Shown: positions 12,101-24,092 of the stretch, in pieces
How the letters are laid out: each line of letters starts with the position of its first letter
Numbering within the stretch: the stretch's first letter is position 1
Assembly: GCF_040938485.1 (NCBI RefSeq)
Contig: NW_027271115.1
Location: forward strand, 1,426,001-1,490,000
Length of the DNA: 64,000 bases
Reading direction: 5' to 3'
DNA from: Diadema antillarum
Lineage: Eukaryota
Notes under the pieces: model-generated
Seen by the model: only the letters and a program-made list of their open reading frames with translations
Database searches by the model: none
Told to the model about the DNA's origin: nothing
Made by a program: the position numbers and the translations under genes

Positions 12101-15100
12101 GGAGTGAAGACATGAATGGAAGATTGGTCTTGATAAATTGTTATTAATCACATGTTTAGTTTTCGAAACTCATGTTCCCGTTTTTTGCACCTTTTTTTCG
12201 ATGTATCAATTATGATGTGATATCGATGATATCACCTCAGCATGTCTACGTATCAATGAGAGTGGCGAGTGGAGATAACAGAATTTGCTCAAAATTTGAT
12301 TGGTCATAATCCATTCAATGTGTGCGTGTCTTCTCGTATACGTTATTTAGCAGCGATATAGTTTTATGTGTTATCACTGTAGGTGTTATAGTGTGTGTTT
12401 GACCCTGTACACTCATCAGTGTCTGGGCAGGCTGCTATGTGTGCGTAAAGAAGCTTATCAAACATGAATCTCTTTGATTATGTAATTCCCCCTCCCTCCT
12501 TTGCAAGACCTAAGCAGAATTCCCGGGGTCTGCATCTGATGTTTTCTATCCGGTATATTACTCTTCAACCGCGCCTGTCTCAGGAGAGGTCATTCTTTTA
12601 GAAAGGAATTAAGAAAACACAAATCTGATCTGATGTGTATATCGTACAAGAACTGCGATTTCGTCCAGAACAAAAACTAAAATGGTTGCGTTTATGCGTA
12701 TGATAAACCACACGCGATCGAGATAGGTTTTCCGCTCTCGCGAAATTTTTCCCGGATTTTGTTTTCTCACTCCGGAAAACACTATCTGTTAGTGTGGAGT
12801 GAGAAAAAATAGTGCATCGCGAATAAGACCGAAGGAAGGTGCGTCAGAAAAAATCCCTTTCCACTGGTCGTACAGCATCTAGCACACACAGACACATACA
12901 CATACATAAAACAGTGTGATAGCGACTTCTGTGCGTGTCTGTATGATGTCTACTTGGGTGTTAGTGAGTGTGTGCGTGCGTGTGTGTGTGCGCGCACACA
13001 CGAGGGCCTTTGTATTCTTCAGATTAATATTAATTTTATAACAATTAACGCTATCCACATGATTGGCAAATATTCAATGTCAATGGTGCTATAGCTTTAC
13101 CGTGCTTGATGCCCTTGGGATTATTGATCAATTAACACGTGTTTGTATCATTCAAGTGATTGGAATGACTGTGAGGTGACATATCAATTAAAACAAAGCA
13201 AACTCAAAACTGAAACAACGACAACAAATACCTACTGGAAGGATTGTTTGATTAAAAATATTTATCATAATTAGATGAGCGCACGGTAAGTGCACTCATC
13301 TAATTATCATCCAGTGCAAACCAATATCAACGCGTTGTCTAATTGACAGGCGCGTCGTGCGATATCACAGTACTAAACAGAAGAAAAAAAAACCGCGACA
13401 ACTAAAAACAATAATGTTCAGCATAGAATGAACGCACGCGCTGACATAATATGTCAGGAAAAATTGATATTGCTCCGGACACACAAATATCAATCATCGA
13501 TTCATCGGCGCTGGGTAACGAGTCCGAAACTTCCCCTCGACGACTCCTGTTTGCCTCAACGCGTCAAACGTTAATGAAAATGGTACGTCGTGCCCCAAAC
13601 ACCTGCTCGGGGTCAAATCACCTTCGCAACGTGCATGTCAGCAGGGCGCCTTGGTTTTTTATTTGTTTTGTTTTGTTTTTGTTTTGTTTCTTTGCTACAT
13701 ATGTTAGAGAGAAAGCTTTTTTTGCCTACAAACACTGAGGAAGGAGTTTAGGCGTGGGGTTTTACTGGTTGACAAAAGGAGCACTCGAGAACTGACGTCA
13801 ATGTTATATAGGTAAAACTGCAAGGAGTTCATTAAAAAAAATACATTGAATTAGAACTTGCAATTGCCTATTCGAACGACTTCATACGAAAGTTACATGC
13901 TGAAGTAGCAATATCAATAGGAGCAACCAATCAGCCGACATATGGACTTTGTTTTCTTCGTGATATTAGTTGCTGTAAGAATAGAAGATTACTACCAAAT
14001 CATTTTCAGCAACGAGAAATGATGCATCCGTCTGCTAGGTATATGATTCTTCACAGAGGAGAGCCAAGTAACGGGTATGTCGCTGACTTATTTCCCATCA
14101 AAATTCACTTATGTGAGCAATTGGTCCGAAATGCTTGCAATGTAATGCAGCAAAAATTGTAAGGAATACTAAAAAGGAACTGCTTTGCAAAGTTTTACGT
14201 TTCTCTTGTGCTAGTGATGGGTACGCAGTGTAAAGGAAGGCAAACGTCTAGAAATTTAGACAACCTGCCCCCCCCCCCCAAAAAAAAATGCGCTTAAAAA
14301 TGCGCTTAAAATCACAGCACTTATTTCGTCAGGCCAAGTCATATGCCCCTGACAGAGTAAACGTAATCATTTCATCATAAATATATTTGTATTAGTGGAT
14401 TTGACTTCAGTCCTCACCAAGCGTTCGTTGAGCATAGTCTCCTCTTACATCGTTTGAGTTCATTCTTCGGTATATGAAATACATTCAAAACGAAATGATA
14501 GGAGAAGCGCTGTATATCATCGCGTGTGTATGTATTTTACGCCATACATGTTTCAACATTTTGTTTCTTGGGACTATACCTTCTCTTCAATCTCAAGATC
14601 AAACGTATACTTATCTCACGTCCATTTGCTCTAAATAGACATAAGTGTGAATTTCGCATTTTGAGGAGACATGCCGTACGTGATAAACCGTCGCATTTTG
14701 CAATGCCTGAATGCCAGCGCCAAATTTGTAATCGTCTGCGCGGGATATTGATTCCGATTGGAAATTCGTCTTTAAAAGGAAGGCGATTGGGTGTTGATGT
14801 CGACGCGGAGATCGTCTGTGCAGCTGGCGGTGATATATGATCAGTTCTTCTCTTTCCCTCTCTCCAGCTCTCTCCTTATCTTTCCCTTTATCTCTTTCTT
14901 TATCTATCTCTATATTTCTCTATGCTTTTTGTTCGTTTGTTTATTATTATCGTCCAGACCATTTTTTTCATAGTTGTGTTCTGAGCGGCATTCAGATGAC
15001 TCCCTATGAAGCCATCATTCACTCCGCGCCAATTTCACACCCTTTATAAAAGCTATATGCAGCGCTGTCACTGGTTCGTCTGTGAAGAACCCTCGCCTGA

Positions 15101-15225
15101 CATTTAAGACGCTGACAACGAAATAACTTATATATCTATTATGCGATGGTATATTCTACATTGGCTGGGCAGTATCAGTTCAGACATACGTTATGAAGAG
15201 GAGCGGCATTTTTACGGTGTGAAAA

Positions 15226-15585
15226 TTGTTGTTGTTGTTGTTGTTCATTTTCCATCTGTGAAGATGGCTGGATAGCCCATATTCAGCTACACTAAGCTGG
15301 TCTTCCATGGGGTCCAGTTGGATGTGGGGTGGGACCACTTCACCGGGTTAGACACCCTGCTCTTTGCGATGAATGAATGAAGCGGGATCTTTTACGTGCA
15401 TGAGCTGTGACTCTCTCATACACGGGACCTCCATTTTATGTCCTATCCGAGGGACAGAGTGTTTTGCCTCTTGCTAGAGGGGACGGTATGTTTACACACA
15501 ACATTGCTCAGTCCAGACTCGGGTTCGAACCCGGGCCGCGTGATCGTGAGGCAGACGCGCTACCGACTGAGCCAACTCACCGCCC
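15226..15585 (-). mobile_element. tRNA-derived SINE, full length, Deu-domain/SURF1-like
   Basis: Minus strand: A box TGGCTCAGTCGG, B box GGTTCGAACCC, central TCGGATAGGACATAAAATGGAGGTCCCGTG...CACGTAAAAGATCCC...AAGAGCAGGG, (AAC)n tail. A second copy lies at 17110-17486. Confidence 0.88.
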
Positions 15586-16116
15586 TAGATTCATATCCAT
15601 TAGCTGTAATTGCGTGGTTTCGGCGGGAAAATGTGCTTGTTTTCAGTGATATAGTATTTCGGCGAAAACAGATGGATAGCAGTAACTGCAAGGGAGTAAC
15701 TTCCTTTTGCGCCTGTTAGGTTTCACTCTACAAGAGTTACCGATAATGAACATGCTCCATGATTTTGGTGGGTTTTTTTCGGTTTTGTTCTTCCGCAATA
15801 TTCAAACACGTGTCACGGCAAACATGGTAGCTTGTTTGTTTGTTTGTTTTATTTCCGTACTAAAAATCAACATATTTCATACATAAAGGTCCAGTGACGG
15901 TAGAAAAAAAATACATACGGAGGGTAGCCCATTTTCAGTAGTGACAATGACAGTCACTTCTGGTCTTCCATGGGGCCCTGTTCACAAAAAATGTCATACA
16001 ATCAGGGACTGATAATAGAATAAAATAGAAAACGTTGTTATCAACGTTAACAATAATTCCGGCGATACACAGTTCGACCCAGTACACTCACTATTATTCA
16101 TACACACTCCGCTCCC

Positions 16117-16124
<8 letters not shown>

Positions 16125-16169
<45 letters not shown>
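16125..16169. repeat. (CA)n microsatellite
   Basis: Uninterrupted CA run. Confidence 0.95.
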
Positions 16170-16173
<4 letters not shown>

Positions 16174-16550
16174 AAAGTATACATGCCTCATATACACACC
16201 TCATATACACACACACGCAGAATTACTTCTTCAAAGAGGAGACTAACTACACAAAGTGCCAACACACATCCAGCAAACTTCTCACCTATTTTGTCACCAT
16301 GACATGTGATCAACGCAGGGCCACTGGCTGAGTCACACGTCATTTAACGTGATGTCATAGATGATGCAGAAGTTTAGCTGTCGGAGATTTACATAATGCA
16401 CTGGCTCATTAACTTCTCCTCACGTTTCAAGCACCATATCAAAACACAATGTCCAATCATAACATACAACAAACTTCAAACTTTACAATGATTATTCCTG
16501 AACATAACTAACTCGATCTATCTCATGGATATCAACAACGAACAGACCTT

Positions 16551-16673
16551 GGGGCATTTCATGAAGCGTTTTGTCTGATTTTTTTTTTAGGCTTCTGAAA
16601 TCTTTGCCTCTGATCGGCTGAGAGCAAATTCATCAGAAAGAAATATCCGACAAAACGTTTTTGAAGTGTCCCC
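16551..16673. mobile_element. Short MITE with about 28-bp imperfect TIRs, PIF/Harbinger-like
   Basis: GGGGCATTTCATGAAGCGTTTTGTCTGA versus reverse complement of the right end GGGGACACTTCAAAAACGTTTTGTCGGA. Flanks CTT/CTG are only an imperfect TSD. Confidence 0.65.
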
Positions 16674-17109
16674 CTGTAAAATTATGGGAAGAGCTGCGCT
16701 TAATCATGATGACCAAACATAGCATAAATCATATTTTNNNNNNNNNNNNNNNNNNNNNNNNNNNNNNNNNNNNNNNNNNNNNNNNNNNNNNNNNNNNNNN
16801 NNNNNNNNNNNNNNNNNNNNNNNNNNNNNNNNNNNNNNNNNNNNNNNNNNNNNNNNNNNNNNNNNNNNNNNNNNNNNNNNNNNNNNNNNNNNNNNNNNNN
16901 NNNNNNNNNNNNNNNNNNNNNNNNNNNNNNNNTCCGGCATTTCAACGGCACCTACGGCAATACTGCCCTAAATTGAAATATTTTTTTTTTAATGTTTGTC
17001 CAAAACAAAAGCTTGACTAGCAGAATATCCGTTTTGTGAAATTCCAAGCACATCATTTTCAAACTGACTTCAAAAGCTAAAATAACATCAGACCAACAGG
17101 TTTTGTCTG

Positions 17110-17486
17110 TTTTTTTTTTATTTTTTATTTTTTTATTCATTTTCCATCAGAGAAGATGGTTGAATGGCCAATGTTCAGCTGCACTATTGCTGGTCTTCCA
17201 TGGGTTCCAGTTGGATGTTAGGCGGGACCACTTCACCGGGTTAAACAGCCTGCTCTATGCGATGAATGAATGAAGCGGGATCTTTTCCGTGCATGAGTTG
17301 TGACTCTATCACACACGGGACCTCCGTTGTATGTCCTATCTGAGGGACTGAGTGTTTTACCTCTTACTGTATACAAGAAGGGGACCGAATGATTACATAC
17401 AACATCGCTCAGTTAGACTCGGGAATCGAACCCGGGTCCTTTGGATCTGGAGGCAGACTCGTTACCGACTGAGCCAAATCACCACC
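17110..17486 (-). mobile_element. tRNA-derived SINE, second copy of the same family
   Basis: Colinear with 15226-15585 along its length. A box TGGCTCAGTCGG, B box GGTTCGATTCC, A-rich tail. Confidence 0.88.
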
Positions 17487-19380
17487 AGCAGGTATGGTGG
17501 GCTATACCAAAATTGGGCTTAGACTGCACGTTAGAATGGGAACTCCGGGATTTTAAAGTTGCACACATTATTCATCGAATAGTGATAGCATACCATTATG
17601 GTTACAGCCATTATTATATTGTGCGCACATGAGTTGAGTGCATAGTGTCATCAACTCAAAACTTTCCCCTTGAAAGGTGCAGAAAACAACATGGAAAAAC
17701 GAAGATAACTTTTTTTTTGTAAATCATTAATTTAGCAACTACAACCCATGAAAATAAGCACTGCGGCAGTTTAAGCGACAACCTCCCCACCCTCTTCCAA
17801 AAAATATAAATAACTTGAAGGATACCACTGTGCATGTAAATTTGCATATTTAGTAAATTTGTGTGTAGGTCATACGTCATCATGTCATCCAATTTTCATA
17901 TTACAATGCGGTCATTGCACTTGTTATATCACTATTTCATATATAAATATGTGGATTTTTTAGATGCATTAACTTTACTTTCGTATGTTATTATACGTTC
18001 GTTTTTATCAATCTGAAACCTTTCAGGTCTACTATTCTGTCTGTATGATCTTCTTCTGATAATCAAGGCTAACTTGAACAATGCATAATTATGATATTGC
18101 ACTCTAAACTCCAAGTTTTTAGGCTGACAATTGGTATAGCACAACATGGCAACCAAATGAATTGAGCAAACAGACAGAAAATATCCTCATTTACAAGGTT
18201 TTCATGAAAAGTGTGATATTTGCTTAATATAGAAACCCATCAACTACGTCAGTGCTACATACATAACATTAACTTGCACGAGTTAAAATTTGATTCACAT
18301 GCTAAAAAATCAGTGTGTCCTTGTGAATGATTTATGAAAAGTAGCGGGTAAAAAAACCCATAACCCAAAATAGCTCATTAATGAGTTTCATGACTTGCGC
18401 AGATTTTGTATTGCAGTTTTCATTTGCTGCACACTCATTGAAAACTGGAGTGATATTTCCCACGCCTCATTTCCTGCAAAACTCAGGGGCCAATCTATTC
18501 CGATATCAAACTTAATAATATATTTCACACTGTATATGCATAGGCGAACACGCAGCGTATGATCATCCCATGTTGTAGCATTAATTGTGATGGAAATCAT
18601 TAATGCTAATGCTGACCAGTTTGATGGATTGTAAGAGATTCTGCAGCTATGTCAAAATGATATCATGCAATCAACTCTCTATATAGGCGACCCAATGGAG
18701 GATAACGGTTTAAGAAAAAAAAAAGGTGGCTAATTTTATGTAATTAAACCCAAAAGTGTTATTATCTCCGAACTGTTATCACAGATATTATGATGCCATG
18801 CACCTTCAAGTAAGGCCTTCGAACTAGATTTGAATTTGATGATTTGTTTTTTAGCGCTGTGTGAGAGAGAGTGTGAGCTGGGTAGAGTATGAAAAAAAAA
18901 ACGACGATGCGACTCGGAGGAGGCTAGGTTGTTCATGAATCATTTAAGACCACACTCGGGTAGATACGGTGATGCATCATACAGCATGCATTATTAAAGA
19001 GAGAAAAGCAAAGATACTATAGATTGCAAAGTGTGTGTGTGTGTGAAAGACGGGGGGGGGGAGGGGGAAGGGGTAGCGTACGGTAGAGAAATTTTGCACA
19101 GCTAATAAGCAACACGTGACTGAAAATCTATCAGCGCAAGGGGTATCTCAAAACTCGATTTCAATGGACGGCTTCCGTGTCCTCAATAACATCAATAGTC
19201 CAATCGCCAATTAAAATGCATTTTGCCAGTAATTTAGTGGCGGTGGAGTACTATGCATTATGATTTAGTCGTCGTAGTGAAAAAGACCTATGGCCCATTT
19301 ATTTTATGGTTGAAATGGAAAAAATAAAATATGCAAACCATTGTTGCTTTTTAAAAACTTATTTAGGTGAGGCCACTTAA

Positions 19381-19737
19381 AGGGGATGGCTAGTAACCGA
19401 TCAGTGGGAATCAGTGGGAATCCTGAGGGATGATTATTCCAATCCTTGTGGGATTCATTTAAGAGTACATTATATATCTACTGTTGTGTGAAAATTATTT
19501 GCTTCAGAACGGTCTCATATTCAAGTAATGTGCAGATTAATGCCCTGTCACTGACCAGGCACGCTAACCTGGAAACATTAAACTGCACATTACTTGAATG
19601 TGAGACCATTCTGAAGCAAATAATTTTCACACAACAATAGATATATAATGTACTCTTAAATTAATCCCACAAGGATTGGAACAATCATCCTCCAGCATTC
19701 CCACTGATTCCCACTGATCAGTTACTAGCCATCCCCT
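19381..19737. mobile_element. Foldback MITE with about 155-bp TIRs and TTAA target-site duplication (Kolobok-like termini)
   Basis: TTAA|AGGGGATGGCTAGTAAC...GTTACTAGCCATCCCCT|TTAA. Arms 19381-19535 and 19583-19737 are near-perfect inverted copies. Confidence 0.9.
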
Positions 19738-22700
19738 TTAAATGCTGAAAACAAAAATCTGATTTCTGCCAACAATGATCGATAAGAAGGGGAAAATATT
19801 GCGTTGTATTATTTCATTTTTTCATTTCATTTATCAAGTTTCCATACAGATCATACAGTGTTGTGTTTACAACATCCACCCATGACAATGTAAAGTATCA
19901 CATGAATTGTAAGTTATAATTTCAGTATATACAAATAGCATTTACATGGCACAAAATCAACTGAACTCATTCTCAAGTACATTACATTCATGACGGATAA
20001 ATAAAATTGCATGTGGTGGGAGCCTACATAGAAGCAGATGCTTATGAGAGTATAGGTTCCCCGAAATGGACCTAATATACACACATGGACTATGAACGGA
20101 GGTCTTTCTTTGATCCTATCACCACCTTCTGATCATGTTCATCTTTATGAGCATATTCGGATGTTTGGACGATGACAGTTGTGAAATGATCCTGCATCCT
20201 CACTGACAAAAAAAAAAAAAAAAAAACTGTTTCCTCCATTTCAGTGTTATTTGACTGAGGTGCCTTTTCAGACTAATATGCCTTTGACTAATCACCAATA
20301 TTGGGGAGCAGGAAACTTGAAAACATGACAAATTTTGTGTCACAATAATGGTAATTACTGTAGTGGACACTAAACCCATCTAGTTGACAGGCACGTCACG
20401 TTGCTTAATCGTAAGACATACATGTCGTCCACCGTTATTGTTCATGTTTACTTTAATGAAACAATGTTCTAAAAAGGGAGAATTCAGGTTACAAATCACA
20501 ATCGACCTGCCGAAATATTCGCTTTCTCTTGTAAAGTGCATGCGTTTCGCAAATGAAATTGCTTGGGAGATGATTTCCCGATATACACTTCAAATGCACA
20601 TGAATTTTTCTTGATTTAAGAGAGTTAATGTCTTCTGCGTGTGTAGTTTTTGAAAATGATGAGATCACCGAGCAGGAAAGCATGTTGGATATGTTTTTGT
20701 GACGCTTTTGACAGAAACAGGTGCATGAATCATAAACGAGCGATACATGCCCATGTGTGTATGTCTATGGTTATTTGTATTAATCCAAACTATCCATTTA
20801 ATGTCTTGCACATTTTGGCAATTTTACGAAACGTAATCACCGTGCTGACAATCATGGATAATACACAATGCTTTTCCTAAAGAGCTAAATAACTTAATTC
20901 GTGGCTCATATTCTGGTAGGTGTGGACGTTCACAACTATATAGTACTTCGAAACGGCACATAGGCCTGCAATGTAACAAGACATCGAGCGTGTAAGCCGA
21001 GGGGCGTGTTCAATGTGCTATGTTAACGATCAGTCGGGCAAGAAACGCCGTCATGCATCATTGGAATGCCACGGCGTATCCAACCTATCGGTCGAGGACA
21101 TTATCCGATGACCGACCTTCGGGTGAGGGTCGATGCATTCGGTGTGAATGGGGCCCGCGACCCTCTTCGGCGGCGTGCATGTACCGCAGTTCGGTAAATC
21201 GAGTTAGCGCTGAGCTTCATTCAAAGTTAAATATACAGGGTCGATCTTTTGCTTCCTTCGCATACAATGTATTATGTTTCCATTCAACCGTATGTGGAAA
21301 AAAAAGAAGAAGATAGTGGCAATTTGAGGGTTTGTATTCAGGAATAGACTTCGCATATCAGTAGACTCTTTGTAAGTATGATGTAACTGTAGATGTCTGT
21401 TTCGGAGCTGTGAATTGGATACGCAAACAGGTTGATAAGTTGCGTCAAGAAAAGTCGGCAAAAAAGTTTATTAATGAATCTTCTCTTACCACCATATCTT
21501 TAGAAGTGTTTGAAGGGGCTGTCCCAAGTCACTACCTTATTTGTTGTTGTTGTTGTTGTCGTTTGTTGTTGTTGTTGTTTTTTTATTGGGGGCGGCGTCG
21601 CGTCAACTTTAGTCTTTCTCTATAGAGGCGAAAATTCATGTTTGCAATCGAAAGTTTTATGGGTGATTTCAAAAGTTCATGATTATATGGAAATTGGAAC
21701 ATTGATCAGTAGACAGGAAATTATTGATATTATAATTCTTAATATATTGATTTCTTTAATTTGAAAGACATAGGATTGTGTACTGGACATCAGCTACAAG
21801 TATATCGCAGACCTCTCGCCAGAAGCTCGTTCGCCTCACTCTCATACGGACATAAGCACCCACACAACACTTCGCTGCTCGCGCATTACACATCAGGTTA
21901 AAGAAGGGATTTTTGTTTAGTCGGATGGCCACTTAAACAGTTTCATGGGATCTCAGCGCGTTTTATGAGATTACGTGTCCCGCATATGATTAAACTATAT
22001 CAATAATACCGACACTTGGGTCTCAGGCGTATAGGGAGAAAGAGCGGTTACTGTCTATAGTGAATGCTGGCGAGCAAGGGAAGAATATTGAGGGGGAATA
22101 AAAAAACGGGGAAGTGTTGAGAGAGAGGGACTGAGCCTATACAGGAGGGGTTGAAGAAGAATGAAGGAGAAAACAACTAAGTAATATTTGGAGTTTATAA
22201 TAACAATAATGAAATTCACACGTTGTTATGCAGCAAAGCGCAAGATGTAAAAATCAATATTAAATGATAACTCAACGGAAATGTTTTGAAAATTTGACTG
22301 AGAACATGCGTGGAGACAGTAAAGGGAAATACAAAGCCATAAAAGATATTCCAGAAAATGTCCGGACCGAATGCATATAGCAACACTAAAAACTTGCTGC
22401 AGAACAGTAACTGCTATTGATTACACTTTCCTTTGGAGATTCATTCATCATCAATTACCAATAACATCCTATTTGGTAGGTTGTGTCGCTCGGATAGCAA
22501 CGTGCTACGAAGAAAGAAAAAAAAAAGAAGCAAGTCAACTTATCATATACGGGGCACTGGGTTTAGAGGCTACATTGTCACTCCCGCCTCCCACTAAAAT
22601 GGTCATCAGATTATAAGCCAGGCCAGCTGTAATTTGCATGTCCCATTTCAGCGCTAATCATAATGCCAATAATCAAGCCATCAGGCTCCATTCCCGTGTG

Positions 22701-22847
22701 TCCATTACACTGATGAATCCCGGGATTGTTGTCGTATAATCAAGTCCATAATAGACGACCAGACTTATTTCCCTATAGGTAACTGATGAGGTGATGCATC
22801 GCTCTGACATATTCTTTTTTTTTTTTTTGGGGGGGGGGAAGAAGGGT

Positions 22848-22885
22848 TGTTTGTTTGTTTGTTTGTTTGTTTGTTTGTTTGTTTT
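22848..22885. repeat. (TTTG)n microsatellite
   Basis: ttgtttgtttgttt... The complementary (CAAA)n tract occurs at about 48746-48792. Confidence 0.9.
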
Positions 22886-23883
22886 TGGTCGTCCACATAT
22901 TGTGCATTCATCTCACTATTAGGGAAACATTTTATGCTTTATATACACTTATCTTGTTTAGACATAATATTTTCTACGGCCGTGTGAGAACGAAATATGC
23001 AATAACATTTATCAAAATGATACTTGTGATAGAATTGATATGAATTTATGTATNNNNNNNNNNNNNNNNNNNNNNNNNNNNNNNNNNNNNNNNNNNNNNN
23101 NNNNNNNNNNNNNNNNNNNNNNNNNNNNNNNNNNNNNNNNNNNNNNNNNNNNNNNNNNNNNNNNNNNNNNNNNNNNNNNNNNNTGNNNNNNNNNNNNNNN
23201 NNNNNNNNNNNNNNNNNNNNNNNNNNNNNNNNNNNNNNNNNNNNNNNNNNNNNNNNNNNNNNNNNNNNNNNNNNNNNNNNNNNNNNNNNNNNNNNNNNNN
23301 NNNNNNNNNNNNNNNNNNNNNNNNNNNNNNNNNNNNNNNNNNNNNNNNNNNNNNTCGCCTATAATACGACATCTACAGGTCGATAAACAGAAGAACGACG
23401 TGGAAATTCCCAGTGAATCGTTCGTGTAGATGCTTGTGTACAATCATGTTTGTGTGCCTGCATGCGTGTGTGATGGAGGTTTGCGATTCGATCACTCCAC
23501 AAAACTCACTGTGTACTATAATCACGCTATAGATAAGACAGCATAATAATGCATCACTATGATAGTTATGTCCTTCGAAGCTGATGTACGGATGCGATGT
23601 CCTCCAGATTATGCCTTTGAGGCAGAGATTAATTGGTTATTAATCCGTCATTATCAGACGTGTATAAAGGTTAATTAAGATGACATTTCAATCTCTTCTC
23701 AAACGCAGTATATAGTGCTGGGCCTGTAATAATCTGTTTTCATTTCGATGGGCATACAATGATTTCAAGTTGAAGGTCAATTAACACCGGTATAGCTATC
23801 TATATTGTGACTGTGATTGTGATTGCATAAGAAGGTTCATTGATAATCATTTAGGTTAGTCCTTGGGGGTGTCTACTGGGTGA

Positions 23884-24092
23884 CACGACATTTTGCACCT
23901 GCGATATTGCTCCTGTCTTCTTTTCTCCAAGGACTTCATAGGGTTAGGGTTGTGATCGGGATTTAGGTTTAGTTCATAATGTGAGGATTGGGATTAGGGT
24001 TATAGGGTTATGTTTGTGGGTAGAATCTATGTTTGGCTTAGCGTGCAGATATTGCATGGGAGCAATTATTGTCACAGGAGCAAATGACATGC
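23884..24092. mobile_element. Degenerate TIR element with a TTAGGG-like core
   Basis: Left gacattttgcacctgcgatattgctcc versus reverse complement of the right end gtcatttgctcctgtgacaataattgctcc. Centre tagggttagggtt...attagggttatagggtt. Confidence 0.6.
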
